Source: a virus | Lineage: Duplodnaviria > Caudoviricetes | Virus record (IMG/VR): IMGVR_UViG_3300037502_002379 | Coordinates: 50-64,049 of that record | Reading direction: 5' to 3' (one strand) | Length of the DNA: 64,000 nt | Shown: positions 17,082-27,500 of the stretch, piece by piece | Layout: every line of letters starts with the position of its first letter | Numbering within the stretch: position 1 is the stretch's first letter | Notes under the pieces: generated by a model | The model's database searches: none | What the model was told of the DNA's origin: nothing | What the model saw: only the letters and a program-made list of their open reading frames with translations | Made by a program: the position numbers and the translations under genes

Positions 17082-17399
17082 TTACTGTTTGATTTTTGCT
17101 AAAATATTCATTGCCATCAATACGCATTCATCAGAAGTATTATCGCTTTCAGTTACCTCCAATAGCGAATTTACTAGCAAATCGCGCTGAGAAAGCAATT
17201 CTGACGGCATCAGTCCGCATTTTTGCGCGGTGTTGCCTGCATCTGCAATTAAGCAGGCATTTTGTTTTGCAGCTATAATGCTTACATTATTGCTTGTTTG
17301 GGTAACACAAATTGTAGGTATTTTACCAAACTCTGCATTGCATACTACAGCCAATTCATTTTCAAAAGCAATTCTCCATTTCCCTTTTGTTATTTCCAT
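17082..17399 (-). CDS. hypothetical phage protein
   Basis: TKGKW and NACLIADA motifs. Confidence 0.65.
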   Translation of the reverse strand: MEITKGKWRIAFENELAVVCNAEFGKIPTICVTQTSNNVSIIAAKQNACLIADAGNTAQKCGLMPSELLSQRDLLVNSLLEVTESDNTSDECVLMAMNILAKIKQ

Positions 17400-17417
17400 T
17401 TGTTATTATTTACGCAG

Positions 17418-17425
17418 CAAAGGTA
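17418..17425 (-). promoter_or_regulatory. TAnnTTTG promoter (TACCTTTG) facing the cassette array
   Basis: Consensus match about 20 nt upstream of the ORF start at 17399. Confidence 0.65.
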
Positions 17426-17459
17426 CAAACTGTTTTGACAATTACAAAAAATAATTGTT

Positions 17460-17490
17460 AAAAGAAAAGGCAGCCTCATGACTGCCCCAA
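17460..17490 (-). terminator. intrinsic terminator
   Basis: GGCAGTCATGAGGCTGCC followed by TTTTCTTTT on the minus strand. Confidence 0.65.
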
Positions 17491-17534
17491 GCGATTGCGC
17501 TCCACCTCCGCTAGTTACGGATTGGTGCAAAAAT

Positions 17535-17563
17535 AAAAAAGCCCCTGAATAATCAGAGGCTTT
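17535..17563 (-). terminator. intrinsic terminator
   Basis: AAAGCCTCTGATTATTCAGGGGCTTTTTT on the minus strand. Confidence 0.75.
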
Positions 17564-17654
17564 CGCGTTAAACGCACCGGAAAATAAACGACCTCACCTA
17601 GTACGCGATAACTAAGCGCGTGAGGTACTATTGCTGCAAAGATATAAAACTTTT

Positions 17655-18269
17655 CTATTTCCCAAACACACGCCAATAAGCCCCAACCATGTGCGCTTGC
17701 CCTCGAATGTCATAGCCATAAAAGCCATTAAAGGACTTATACGAAACAGCAACGGAAGGAGCTGCAACAAAGTCTGTAGCGGTGTTGTTTACGCCTACAA
17801 TAGCGCCTATGTACACGCTAGGCAAAGGCTTTTTGACTTTGGTTATTATCTCTCTGATTTCGGGTTTTAGGTTCGCGTGTTGCAGCTTAAAATCTAACAG
17901 CGTGCCCAATACCGTAGTCGTGTAGATTATTTTGTAATTGTTAGCCTCGCGCAAGGTGTCTGAGTAAGTACAAGTGTCAGGCAGTTGCGTAACAATTTCT
18001 TTGGCTATTATTCGTATCGTATCGCATGGTATCGTATCAATTCGGCTAATCGCTTCTACTTTTGCTTTGTTCGGTTTTTTGCTGATTACTTTCGGATGTG
18101 TTACGGCTATTTGTTTAAGTGTGGTATCTCGGTAAATAGTATCATGTACAACACTCACTACTTCGCCACAATTGCGCTTGCCGTAATGATAGCCAGCGCA
18201 ACCGCCAACACATGAGAACAGCACCACAATAGCAGCGAATACAAGCAATAATATTTGGTTTGGTTTCAT
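17655..18269 (-). CDS. membrane/lipoprotein, candidate spanin
   Basis: N-terminal hydrophobic segment with Cys, DT-rich linker, beta-strand C-terminus; downstream of the lysis genes. Confidence 0.5.
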   Translation of the reverse strand: MKPNQILLLVFAAIVVLFSCVGGCAGYHYGKRNCGEVVSVVHDTIYRDTTLKQIAVTHPKVISKKPNKAKVEAISRIDTIPCDTIRIIAKEIVTQLPDTCTYSDTLREANNYKIIYTTTVLGTLLDFKLQHANLKPEIREIITKVKKPLPSVYIGAIVGVNNTATDFVAAPSVAVSYKSFNGFYGYDIRGQAHMVGAYWRVFGK

Positions 18270-18478
18270 TAGTTTTGATTGGTTTCTTCGTCTTCAAAGA
18301 TAATTTCTTCGTCTATTTCGATAGCCTCAACTAGCTTCAATGACTTTTTGAATAGTCCAGGCGCGTCAAGCTGCACAGCCTTAGTTAGCCCCTCATCGTA
18401 ATTTACAGCATACACGGTAATTTGCACCTCATTAGCGCTAATCGGTTCGGTGTATGCAAATGTTATCTGCCACATCAT
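18269..18478 (-). CDS. hypothetical protein
   Basis: ORF track. Confidence 0.5.
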   Translation of the reverse strand: MMWQITFAYTEPISANEVQITVYAVNYDEGLTKAVQLDAPGLFKKSLKLVEAIEIDEEIIFEDEETNQN

Positions 18479-18683
18479 ATTTTTCAATCATTTTATTTAG
18501 ATACCATTGTGCTTTTTTCAAGTCCTCTAGCCCGTTTTTTTGCTCACATCTCCAAATATACTTAATTATATTAGCCGTGCATACTGCCTGCAATCCCTTC
18601 TTTTCGGCTGTAGCTGCTTCTATCGCATCAATACACTCGATTTTGCCTTGCTTGTAATGCGAAGGGTTTATTTTATCGTTCAT
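18438..18683 (-). CDS. DUF3310 family protein
   Basis: NPSHY..GKIECIDAI, NIIKYIWR and EDLKKAQWYL motifs. Confidence 0.9.
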   Translation of the reverse strand: MNDKINPSHYKQGKIECIDAIEAATAEKKGLQAVCTANIIKYIWRCEQKNGLEDLKKAQWYLNKMIEKYDVADNICIHRTD

Positions 18684-18684
18684 T

Positions 18685-19683
18685 TTACAAGACTTTCCCG
18701 TTTGTTATCTGTAAATTCCTAACCTCAAAATCACCGTTGTTTTGAACTGTAATGTGCGCAAAACCAAGATTCCATTCGTTAAGAGAAAGATACTCTGGGT
18801 TAAGCTCACATAAGCAGCCTATAACCCAAGTTCCTTGCACACTGCGGCTGATATTAGTCTTAATCATGCTTTGCGTTTTATGTTTATCACCGCAAATAGT
18901 GCTTTCGCCTGCACGAAGCCACAATGTACGGGCTGCATTTATACCGCCTCCACCTTTGTATTCATTGCCATGTATAGCGTGCAACTTTCCTATTTTAATT
19001 ACCTGCGCGTTAGGTATCCATGTAACACCGCGCTCACGAAGTTTAAGGATAACGGGCAATCTAAACTCACTCATATCCAAAATAACGGGCGCTTTAACCC
19101 GTAAAAAACGCTCCCATCTTTTTTCGTGGTTGCCTTCTTTGTAGAATATTTTAGCCGTTGGGAAGTGCTTTGCCAGCACATCTAAAAACTGACGACAAAT
19201 TTCAAATTCATAGGCTAAGTCGCGTGCGCTAGGGTTTTGTTCGTGAAAACTAGCCTTATGAAAGTCCATAATATCACCAAGCAGTAGTATGGTGTTTATG
19301 TTGTGCTTTTTGCCATAGTCAAGCGCTAAAGTCAAAGCCTCGTTATTTTGGTAAGGCAAGTGAATATCGCTTAAAACAAGGATATTATTGTTAGCCTTTG
19401 GCATCACATAGGCAATGGGCTTTTTTTCATCTGATGGTGGCAATCCGTACGGATTATCAAAACTAAAATTTCCTTCCATTTTCATAGGCTCTTTTACTTT
19501 TTTACGCTGACCGTTACCGTGCGCCCCCGTGTGGTATCTTATTAACGTTCGCGCGTCTTCAATGTCCTTAAACAACAAAGGATTTTCTTTAAATAGCTTT
19601 TCGGCTAATGCATGCTTGCTTGCTTTCGGGAAACGAGTAATGTATTCTTTAACCTTTTCACCTTTGATGCTTGGTTTTGACAT
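18685..19683 (-). CDS. calcineurin-like metallophosphoesterase
   Basis: SDIH, GDIMD, GNHE, HG and GDKH motifs. Confidence 0.85.
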   Translation of the reverse strand: MSKPSIKGEKVKEYITRFPKASKHALAEKLFKENPLLFKDIEDARTLIRYHTGAHGNGQRKKVKEPMKMEGNFSFDNPYGLPPSDEKKPIAYVMPKANNNILVLSDIHLPYQNNEALTLALDYGKKHNINTILLLGDIMDFHKASFHEQNPSARDLAYEFEICRQFLDVLAKHFPTAKIFYKEGNHEKRWERFLRVKAPVILDMSEFRLPVILKLRERGVTWIPNAQVIKIGKLHAIHGNEYKGGGGINAARTLWLRAGESTICGDKHKTQSMIKTNISRSVQGTWVIGCLCELNPEYLSLNEWNLGFAHITVQNNGDFEVRNLQITNGKVL

Positions 19684-19687
19684 AAGC

Positions 19688-20257
19688 CTATTGTTTGCTT
19701 GCGTACTTGTTAAGTGTGTATGCTATTGCCTTTGCAATTCTAGTCTTTTCCGATTGATATTTCTCAATTTCTTCCTTGTTTGTAATAAAGCAAACTTCAA
19801 TCAACACATTTTCGCCCGTCAATCGCATCCAACCTAACTGCTTTCGTGCGCTTTCGCTTTCGCGCTTTACACCTGCCACGCGCAACTGACCGCTACGCAA
19901 CGGGCTATTAAGTATTTCGGAAATGTCCTCTGCGATATCTTTAGCCATATCGCGTTCAAAGTTAGTATAGGTATCTGGAATAAAACATTCTACCCCTTTC
20001 GCTTGCGGTGTGGCTGCATTGAAATGAATATCAAGCAATATGGCACTAGGATTAACAAGTGCCTTAAAAGTGTTTATTGTTTGTTGTAGCGCATTCTTAT
20101 CGTCATCTACAATTGGAGTAATCATGTGCGCTTTCAAAGCCGCTACAATTAAATCGCGCAATTCAGCCGCTAAGTCGCCCTCTTTGTAACCGTTGGCGCT
20201 TGCACCTGCATCCGTACCTTTGCGCGTATGCCCTGCGCTTATGAATATCTTTCTCAT
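19688..20257 (-). CDS. endolysin, N-acetylmuramoyl-L-alanine amidase (Amidase_3)
   Basis: SAGH, E, IHFNA and LIEVCFITN zinc-amidase motifs. Confidence 0.9.
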   Translation of the reverse strand: MRKIFISAGHTRKGTDAGASANGYKEGDLAAELRDLIVAALKAHMITPIVDDDKNALQQTINTFKALVNPSAILLDIHFNAATPQAKGVECFIPDTYTNFERDMAKDIAEDISEILNSPLRSGQLRVAGVKRESESARKQLGWMRLTGENVLIEVCFITNKEEIEKYQSEKTRIAKAIAYTLNKYASKQ

Positions 20258-20658
20258 TCCTGCTCTGATTTTTTAATTAAGATACGCTCTAAAGGCTTTA
20301 AAATATCTACACCCGTGATAGCTGTAATATTCTCCCGTACAGATTGAATTTCGGTTACTGCAATGATAGCCACAACAGCCTTAGTCATTGGAACTACATC
20401 TCCAAAATAGCCTTCTAAAACGTGTGCAATTAATATCCCTAGAAAGTAAGCCATAACAGCGTAAAACTTTCGTATCATTTTGCTGCTCTTTATTTCTTCG
20501 CCTTTGCTTTTAGCGCCTATTATCCCCGTAACAAAATCAATGACACTAATCATACCAACAAAGCACAATGTTGGCACTATTGGGTTAAGGAATGTGCATA
20601 GTGCCGCTAATGCCAAAAATGAATACTTTGCTAACCATTGCTCCAAACTTTCTCTCAT
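20254..20658 (-). CDS. holin
   Basis: Three TM helices; IDFVTG and EIQSVREN motifs; adjacent to the amidase; likely start MRESLE. Confidence 0.8.
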   Translation of the reverse strand: MRESLEQWLAKYSFLALAALCTFLNPIVPTLCFVGMISVIDFVTGIIGAKSKGEEIKSSKMIRKFYAVMAYFLGILIAHVLEGYFGDVVPMTKAVVAIIAVTEIQSVRENITAITGVDILKPLERILIKKSEQE

Positions 20659-20881
20659 ATCAATCTTTTCATTTTTTGTATGAAAGCAGAAATATAGCCA
20701 CAATAACACGTCTTGCATAAGGCAAAAGTGGTGTTTATTAAAGGCTACATTTCTACACTTTTCATCTGTTATTGAATTGCTTTTTCTTTGTTTTTAAGTT
20801 ACAACTATCTGATTTTAACGCCCTTGTCCGTTATATTCTTTTTTAGGTGTTCGCTTCTGTTTGCGCTTCACCGCTTTGCCT

Positions 20882-21154
20882 TTAACCTTCGTTCTCTTCT
20901 TGTACATCTTCTATTATTATTGGTTCATTAAACATTGTTTCGCTAATATTCAGCAAGATATAAATATCTTCACCCTCCGTTGGCTGCAAATCGGTTCTGT
21001 TTTTAAAGTTTTCGTCAAATGGTACAAACCATTTGTCCGCGTGTTCACCTTGCTTACATTGGATAGCGCCAACTGTTTCAGCGCTTGCGGGATAATAAAA
21101 ACTTTCCCCGTTGTAGTTGTCTCTGTATTTGTTTACGTGCTTCATAAATTCCAA
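20882..21154 (-). CDS. hypothetical protein
   Basis: ORF track. Confidence 0.5.
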   Translation of the reverse strand: MEFMKHVNKYRDNYNGESFYYPASAETVGAIQCKQGEHADKWFVPFDENFKNRTDLQPTEGEDIYILLNISETMFNEPIIIEDVQEENEG

Positions 21155-22011
21155 TAGTTTACAATGCCATTTCTTAAGTTTGGCGAAGGTTGTGAATTAA
21201 ATATTACAATCTCTTGTACATTACCTGTTAGTGGTGATGTGTTATTAGATAGCCTACCCAAAAAAAGATTTGTTGCTGCATTAGCCGTAGAAGTGCTAAA
21301 ATCTCTGACATTATCAGCAGTTCTATCATCCTTATTGATGTATGAATATGCTCTATTTGCTATTACAGCATCATTAGAATCGCCATATACAGTGTGTAGT
21401 ATTCTAAAGTTATTTGGCAAGCCAGAAACAATTGTTTCTGCCCCAATAACGCCAGCAGCCGACCTATATATTTGCAACCTTGATGAATTATTGTTGATAA
21501 CGTAATAAAATCCCGAGTTGGTTGTCGTAGTTATATTTGCTATCAATGCAGAATTAGGGTCGCCTCCAACATTATCTTTTTTGAAAACAGAAAAAATTGC
21601 GAATGGCGTTCCGTTGTGAATGAAATTAAACAAGGAAGTTGAAGCAGGTACACTCATAAATGTAGTTGCTGTTAATCTTATTGATGGCATACCGCCTTCA
21701 AGTATTAAAGCCCCTGCATTAACTATTTGAGGCTGATTGGCATTTGAGGTTTGCGTAAAATTTCTGTTGCCATATTGGTCATACCATATTGAAACGAACC
21801 CATTACCTGCTCCCACAAACAAAAGCAATGAAGCTGTGTCTAAATCTTGACCAACAAAGCCAATGTTTTGTGTTGCATTATCACTTGACCTTCTTACTTG
21901 TATAGCATTACCGGTATAACTTGGATTAACCCTACGCAAACTCCATCCGCTATAAGCGCCAACTATTGGTAATGCACCACCAAAAAAATTAAGCAAATCA
22001 CCTATAATCAT
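21142..22011 (-). CDS. ConA/LamG-like (arabinofuranosidase-B-like) virion protein
   Basis: AYS..SLRR...YTG.AIQVRRSSDN, WYDQ.GN and QEIVIF motifs. Confidence 0.7.
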   Translation of the reverse strand: MIIGDLLNFFGGALPIVGAYSGWSLRRVNPSYTGNAIQVRRSSDNATQNIGFVGQDLDTASLLLFVGAGNGFVSIWYDQYGNRNFTQTSNANQPQIVNAGALILEGGMPSIRLTATTFMSVPASTSLFNFIHNGTPFAIFSVFKKDNVGGDPNSALIANITTTTNSGFYYVINNNSSRLQIYRSAAGVIGAETIVSGLPNNFRILHTVYGDSNDAVIANRAYSYINKDDRTADNVRDFSTSTANAATNLFLGRLSNNTSPLTGNVQEIVIFNSQPSPNLRNGIVNYWNL

Positions 22012-22976
22012 GCTACACCAAGTATAGTTAAAACTGCTTTAGAATTACCAATAAAAGCCACACAAATTACATTGTTTTGTGAAGGTGTATAAGCTATTGA
22101 GCTAATGTTAGTCCAGCTAACGGGAAAACTTAATGTAGTGTCATTATGGTAAACAACCGCTACTAATAAATTTTGTGCATTTGTATAGCTAGTAAGTAAC
22201 GCGCCACTACGGGGAGATGCTGGGCTACCAAATTGCTTTGGGTTATCAAAGGTTATAGTGTTACTTGCTACTACCTCTCTACTTATTCTAGGTTCTATTG
22301 GACTTGTAACGCCTTTAACATAAGACAATTCAGTTAATGACGGATATGTTGCTGTTGAAAGCGTTTGTATGTTTTTGCTTGCATCGGTTGCAAGTATTTC
22401 GGACGCTGTTTTAGCGTCTAGCTTTACGCCATCGTAAAAGGTAGCATTTTGACCACCACCTGCACCAAACAAAGCAACATCGCTGCCGCTATTTGATTTT
22501 ATTTTAACACCTGCACTACTATCTGATTGAAGGGTGTCGCCTTTAAAAGTATCTGTTGTAAGTGTGTTTGTTGTTTTGTCGTATGTGAAGTCTGCATCAG
22601 CACCAAAATTACCTGCATCATTAAATTGAACTTGTTTATTTGAGCCTGCGGGAGCTGCACCTACCGTCCAATCCCTATTTTCTGATAAGTCTTTTGTGTC
22701 GCCATTAATTGTTATTGTTCGGGTTGTAGGTACTTTTTCATTAAGCAGATTATTTGTTTCTTGCGTAGAATAAGCACCTACATTTGACGCTGTTAAGTCC
22801 GTTGTACCGTTAGGGTTTGGGCGTTTGTTGTTTATTTGTTGTGCAGAACCGCTTACAATCCTATACCCTTGATTGAAAATGTATTTGTAGCCCGTATCTT
22901 GCGCGACATACGTGATGTTAGGTCGCCCGATTGTGGGAAAATTCTCAAAAGAAGGGTATGCTTTTTCGGCTGCCAC
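22008..22976 (-). CDS. tail fibre protein
   Basis: RTITING...DLS.NR.W, PAGSN.QVQFND and YPSLTELSYVKGVTS fibre repeats. Confidence 0.7.
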   Translation of the reverse strand: MAAEKAYPSFENFPTIGRPNITYVAQDTGYKYIFNQGYRIVSGSAQQINNKRPNPNGTTDLTASNVGAYSTQETNNLLNEKVPTTRTITINGDTKDLSENRDWTVGAAPAGSNKQVQFNDAGNFGADADFTYDKTTNTLTTDTFKGDTLQSDSSAGVKIKSNSGSDVALFGAGGGQNATFYDGVKLDAKTASEILATDASKNIQTLSTATYPSLTELSYVKGVTSPIEPRISREVVASNTITFDNPKQFGSPASPRSGALLTSYTNAQNLLVAVVYHNDTTLSFPVSWTNISSIAYTPSQNNVICVAFIGNSKAVLTILGVA

Positions 22977-22988
22977 ACTATATCGCTA

Positions 22989-23300
22989 TTATTCTAAATC
23001 AACTAATTCAACCGTAAACCCTGCATTTTCAAATTGCTTTTTAAAAGCATTGTGAGCATCGGTTAAGTTTGAAGTTTTAACCTTAGTTATGCTTGCCTCT
23101 TTCGGTATAATCGGTATAATATCGCCCTTTTTTGTTTTCTTGTAGTTGTCGTAGTGTTCTCTGGTGGCAAATGGAGCTATCATAGCCGTTTCTTCACCAA
23201 AAACATTATTACTGCAATACACTCTGTAATAGGCGGCATCTAAGGTTATACCTGTGCCTTTCATTTCAAACCCTTTTTCTTTTGTAACTAATAAAGCCAT
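22989..23300 (-). CDS. hypothetical protein (possible fibre chaperone)
   Basis: Position between fibre-like genes. Confidence 0.5.
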   Translation of the reverse strand: MALLVTKEKGFEMKGTGITLDAAYYRVYCSNNVFGEETAMIAPFATREHYDNYKKTKKGDIIPIIPKEASITKVKTSNLTDAHNAFKKQFENAGFTVELVDLE

Positions 23301-23312
23301 GATTTTTTGTTT

Positions 23313-24044
23313 TTATGTTAATCTAATTTTTAATGCTCCATTGTAGTGATAGAAGTTATTTAAGCCAACACCTCCTGCTGCCGCTGCTGCGTCATTTACA
23401 AAATTCAAAGGCGCTAAACTTTCAGAACCTATTTGTCCGTTATAGTCAACATTGAAATAAGCATCTCCGTCAACATCAATTGCATATCCTGAATCGCTAA
23501 TAGTCATAGCCATCAAGTCGCCCGTGCTGCTGTGATAGTACCTGCCCCTTACAAAATCACCGTATGCTGCAAAAAAGTTTCGACTATTGTTATCAAAGTC
23601 GGAAGCCATACAAATCATGCCGTATCCAACTCCCGTTGCTTTGTTGTAAGAGGCTGCGCATCTTCCTTTTTGGTCTAATCCATCCGCAGGATATGCAGAA
23701 AGACTTGACACGTTTACATCGCCTATTTGCGTTGCAGAAATAACCGTTTCTGGATTTTCTCTAGTTCCGTGAGAACCCATAAAAATACCGTCACCATTTG
23801 CGTGAACATTAAACTCGTCTTCTGCAAACAATCCTATAATATCCCAACTTGCCAACATCCCAATAGCTGCAAATCCCAAGTTTGTCAAATCGCCTATGGC
23901 AATGCCTTCATCACCAATAGCATCACCAAATTGAAGATATTTCCCATTTAAACTAACTGTTCTGTCTTGCGTTAAAATCCCATCAGTGTTGTAGATATTC
24001 AAAGAAGCTCCACCACCGCTTCCTCCCATGTACATTTTACCCAT
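23313..24044 (-). CDS. tail spike/fibre-like protein
   Basis: NIYNTDG.LT..RTV.L N-terminus and NDAAAAAGGV....Y C-terminus. Confidence 0.6.
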   Translation of the reverse strand: MGKMYMGGSGGGASLNIYNTDGILTQDRTVSLNGKYLQFGDAIGDEGIAIGDLTNLGFAAIGMLASWDIIGLFAEDEFNVHANGDGIFMGSHGTRENPETVISATQIGDVNVSSLSAYPADGLDQKGRCAASYNKATGVGYGMICMASDFDNNSRNFFAAYGDFVRGRYYHSSTGDLMAMTISDSGYAIDVDGDAYFNVDYNGQIGSESLAPLNFVNDAAAAAGGVGLNNFYHYNGALKIRLT

Positions 24045-24045
24045 C

Positions 24046-24528
24046 TTACTTCGTTTCTATGATTAACAATTCAGTACCCGTTCCGTCCACTACCTTAGCC
24101 GCTTTTTGTGGTGTTTGCGGTGAATATTCTTCATTGATTGCAACCGTAGCAGAAACATCTACTCCGTCATACATTCCATCCACGCTGCCTTGATTAACAA
24201 GCGAATACGAAATCAAATCAGCCGTTACCACATAAGCTGTTTCAGCCGCTAAAGGAGTTGTAAATGCGCTATCCAACTGCACGTTGAAGCTACCTGCCGC
24301 AATCGGATATACACCTGTTACCTTTCGCACTTCTTCGTTTGCAATAGAGAATACATACAGATTATCTGAATGTTTGTAGTTCGCACCAAACACATCTTCG
24401 GGCGTTTCATTTGTTCCCGAATAGTTTAAAACTGTGTCCACATCGCTATCGGTTGTGAACGTACCCGTTTTGGTTTGATACGCAGGGATAGTGCTTAATC
24501 CCGTTACTAATCTTGTTGTTGTTGCCAT
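24046..24528 (-). CDS. putative structural protein
   Basis: T/S/V-rich; preceded by TAATTTTG 4 nt upstream of the ATG. Confidence 0.6.
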   Translation of the reverse strand: MATTTRLVTGLSTIPAYQTKTGTFTTDSDVDTVLNYSGTNETPEDVFGANYKHSDNLYVFSIANEEVRKVTGVYPIAAGSFNVQLDSAFTTPLAAETAYVVTADLISYSLVNQGSVDGMYDGVDVSATVAINEEYSPQTPQKAAKVVDGTGTELLIIETK

Positions 24529-24558
24529 ACCGCAAAATTAAGAATTTTTGTGAATTTA

Positions 24559-27500
24559 TTAGTCTGTTAGTTCGGTTGGTTTATTAGTTTCTTTAGCTTT
24601 ATTTTCTACTGCCGCTTTTATATCATAATAAGAAGGAAGCCCACCACCCATAGTCATAAGTAAAATGTGAAGCGCATTTACTCCCGTATTAGCTATTTGC
24701 CATAACTCCTTTTCTTCATCGGTTACATTTTCGCCATTGGCAACTTTTTTTGATATGTCGGCTATATCCATAACCGTACCACTTGCATTAGTAACACCTT
24801 CTGAAATTACACCCAAAGCAGGTATTAAATCTGCTTCGTATTTCTTAATAGCTTCATTTGCAGCAAACTTATTTTTACTTGTAATTTTATCAATATCAGG
24901 CGACAACCCATAAAAGTTCTCCTTGGCAATATCTCTTATTTTCTTTTTAACTGCCTCGTCTTTTGTGTTGTAAGCAGCAATCGCCAATGCTGATTTTGAT
25001 ATTGTACTGCCTATTGCTCCATACTTAGCAGAAGCGATGTTTATTGCTTGCCCCGCTACCGTTTTTGATAAACCTTCTGTCGTAAACTTATCTTCAAGTT
25101 GCTTCTCTTGTTTCTTTTCTTCTTCCTCTCCTTTTATTTGTGCAGCAATAGTTCTAACCACTTGCCCCATGTAAGCATACACAAGCATATTTATTGATAC
25201 CGCCAAAGGCTTTCTCAAAGAACGCAATGCGCCTATACCCTCACCTTCTTTCCATCGTTCTGCAACCTCCTTAAATCCGTTCCAAAATTCTTTTTGCTCT
25301 CTGTATGGATAACCACCCATGAACGATATTATCTGCCCAGTAGGCGTATCAGCGTCTATGTTTTTAATATCCTTGCCAAATAAAGGAATTGTTTTACCGC
25401 TAAAGGGAATTTTAATCTCTCGCCTTGCGCCAAATCTACTCCCGCTACCTATAATTTTCTGCACTTCGTTTGACGCAACTGCATTAGCATCTTTTATGGC
25501 TTGCAAATTATCTGAACGATATTTCTCATCACTTCTAAACTTACTTATATCAAAATCATTCCCTGTTGCAGCCTTAAATTCATCTCTGAAAATAGGCATA
25601 TAAACAGTTTTCATCATTGTCATTTCGGGAGTACCTCCAAGATAATAAGCCGCTTTTTGCATAGGCGACATCGACTTAATTTCACCTTCTGTTAATTGGA
25701 ACTGTTGGTTTACATTAAGTCTTTCTGCAAGTGGGCTACCCGTAAATTCAAGAATATCCTTCATGCCACCACGCTTAAACAATTCTATATATCCCAATGG
25801 TTCACCACCTCTTGTTGGCATAGATGATAATGTTGCAACAAATTCTTTAACAGTCTTTAGTGGGTTTAGCTGTACTAATGTAGAACGCAAATTTTGCAGC
25901 TTTCTTATCGGGTCTGATTTTAAAGTATTGCCGTACTGCCTAACCAATGATTCCTTTACATCTTTAGCCACAACAGCCATCACATCGCTTGTTTTCTTAT
26001 TCGTTGCGGCATTGATAGTTCGGTTAACTTCCTGCATTGCCTTAGTCAATTCGTAATCTCTATTGGCATTTGAAATAGCTTTTTCAGCAGTTTCAACAAT
26101 ATCATAATTCAATGCTTCGACTTCTTGACTTGTTCTTGATTCTCCAAACGGGCTTTTAATAGAAATTCTATTTGTTTTGCTATCAATAGCCACATCATAA
26201 GTATCGTCATCAATAGTGGCATCTCCATCCCTTCTTATTCTTGGGGCATAAAATGGCTGTGCATTAAATTCTTTACCACGCATTTCGTTTGACGCTTTTT
26301 GCTTATCGGCATTAACATCTTCTGCGTACTTAAACCACTTAGCAAGTGCAGCACCTTCCTCTTTTGTAAGATACTTGCCATCGTTTGCCATAAAACTATC
26401 GTACAACTCTTTTGGAGAAAGTGATTTACCCGATTCTAATTTATCACCTACCAATGATTCCCACGCCTTTAATACTTCTTTAGCTTCTTTTTCGTCTTTA
26501 AATCTTGACTGCAACTTTTTATCAAACACATCTTTAACCCAATCTCTATTCCCAATATTTTCAACCTTTGAAAATTTAGGATTGTATTGCGCCATATACT
26601 CTTGTAGCATATTCGCCACTATACCCATACGCAAACGACTTTGTTTGTTCTGATTGCCAAATATGCTTTTCAACTCATTTACTCCTAACTGTGTTTGCCT
26701 ATTAGCTTTTTCAATAGCTGAAATTAAAGGGTCGTAAATATACTTAGTCAAAGCCCCCGCTTTCTTTCTACCAAGTCCTAATTCACCCTCCCTAAAAGCA
26801 ACTTCTTCTTTTGCAAGTTCATTTAGTTTGGCATTTACATTTTCAACAGAAGGAGATTTAGCTTCAACTTGCCTTGCAACAGCTTCTGCATTTCGTAAAG
26901 CATTGGCTTCGCTAACTATATCTCTAAGCCTATAATGGTCAACAAATCCATCTGCTACGTTCTGTAAAATATCAGCTAAATCGGAAAGCATTTCAGGTGG
27001 CAACCTCTTTAAATCAGCAGGTTTAATAGCCGAAAATTCAAACAGCAATTCTTTGTCCGTAGGAGATTTTATATCCGCAACTGCATCTTTGTATTCTTGT
27101 GTTGATTGTACCGCCAAAGCATCCTTAATCAAGTCAGTCTTTAACCTATCCACATCAGCACCAAACTTAGCATCAAATGCTTTTCTATCTTTTGCCAAAG
27201 CATCAAGCAAATCATTTCTTTCTTGCTCAGTTATAGTGCCATCTTCAAACAACTGATTAACACGCTTATTAAAAGCACGAATGTTTTTAAGCAATTCCTT
27301 GTAATCTTCAATGGTATCAATTTTCGTTGATAATGCTTTTTTCAAAGCATCTTCTGCTTCATTAAATGTTTTTACGTTTTCAAATGGTTTTGGCTGCCTT
27401 TTAAACTGCGTAATGTCATAAAACATTTCTTGCATCTTCTTGTAATTCGGCACACCATTAGCTAAGTCATTTAACGCTGCTATATAATCAGGCAATTTAT

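Noticed and set aside
17455-17640. tRNA genes here or at 63433-63830
   Set aside because: No cloverleaf with T-loop GTTCRA and acceptor stem could be built.
21142-24044. Diversity-generating retroelement or invertible tail-fibre locus
   Set aside because: No reverse transcriptase, template/variable repeat pair or inverted fibre segments were seen.
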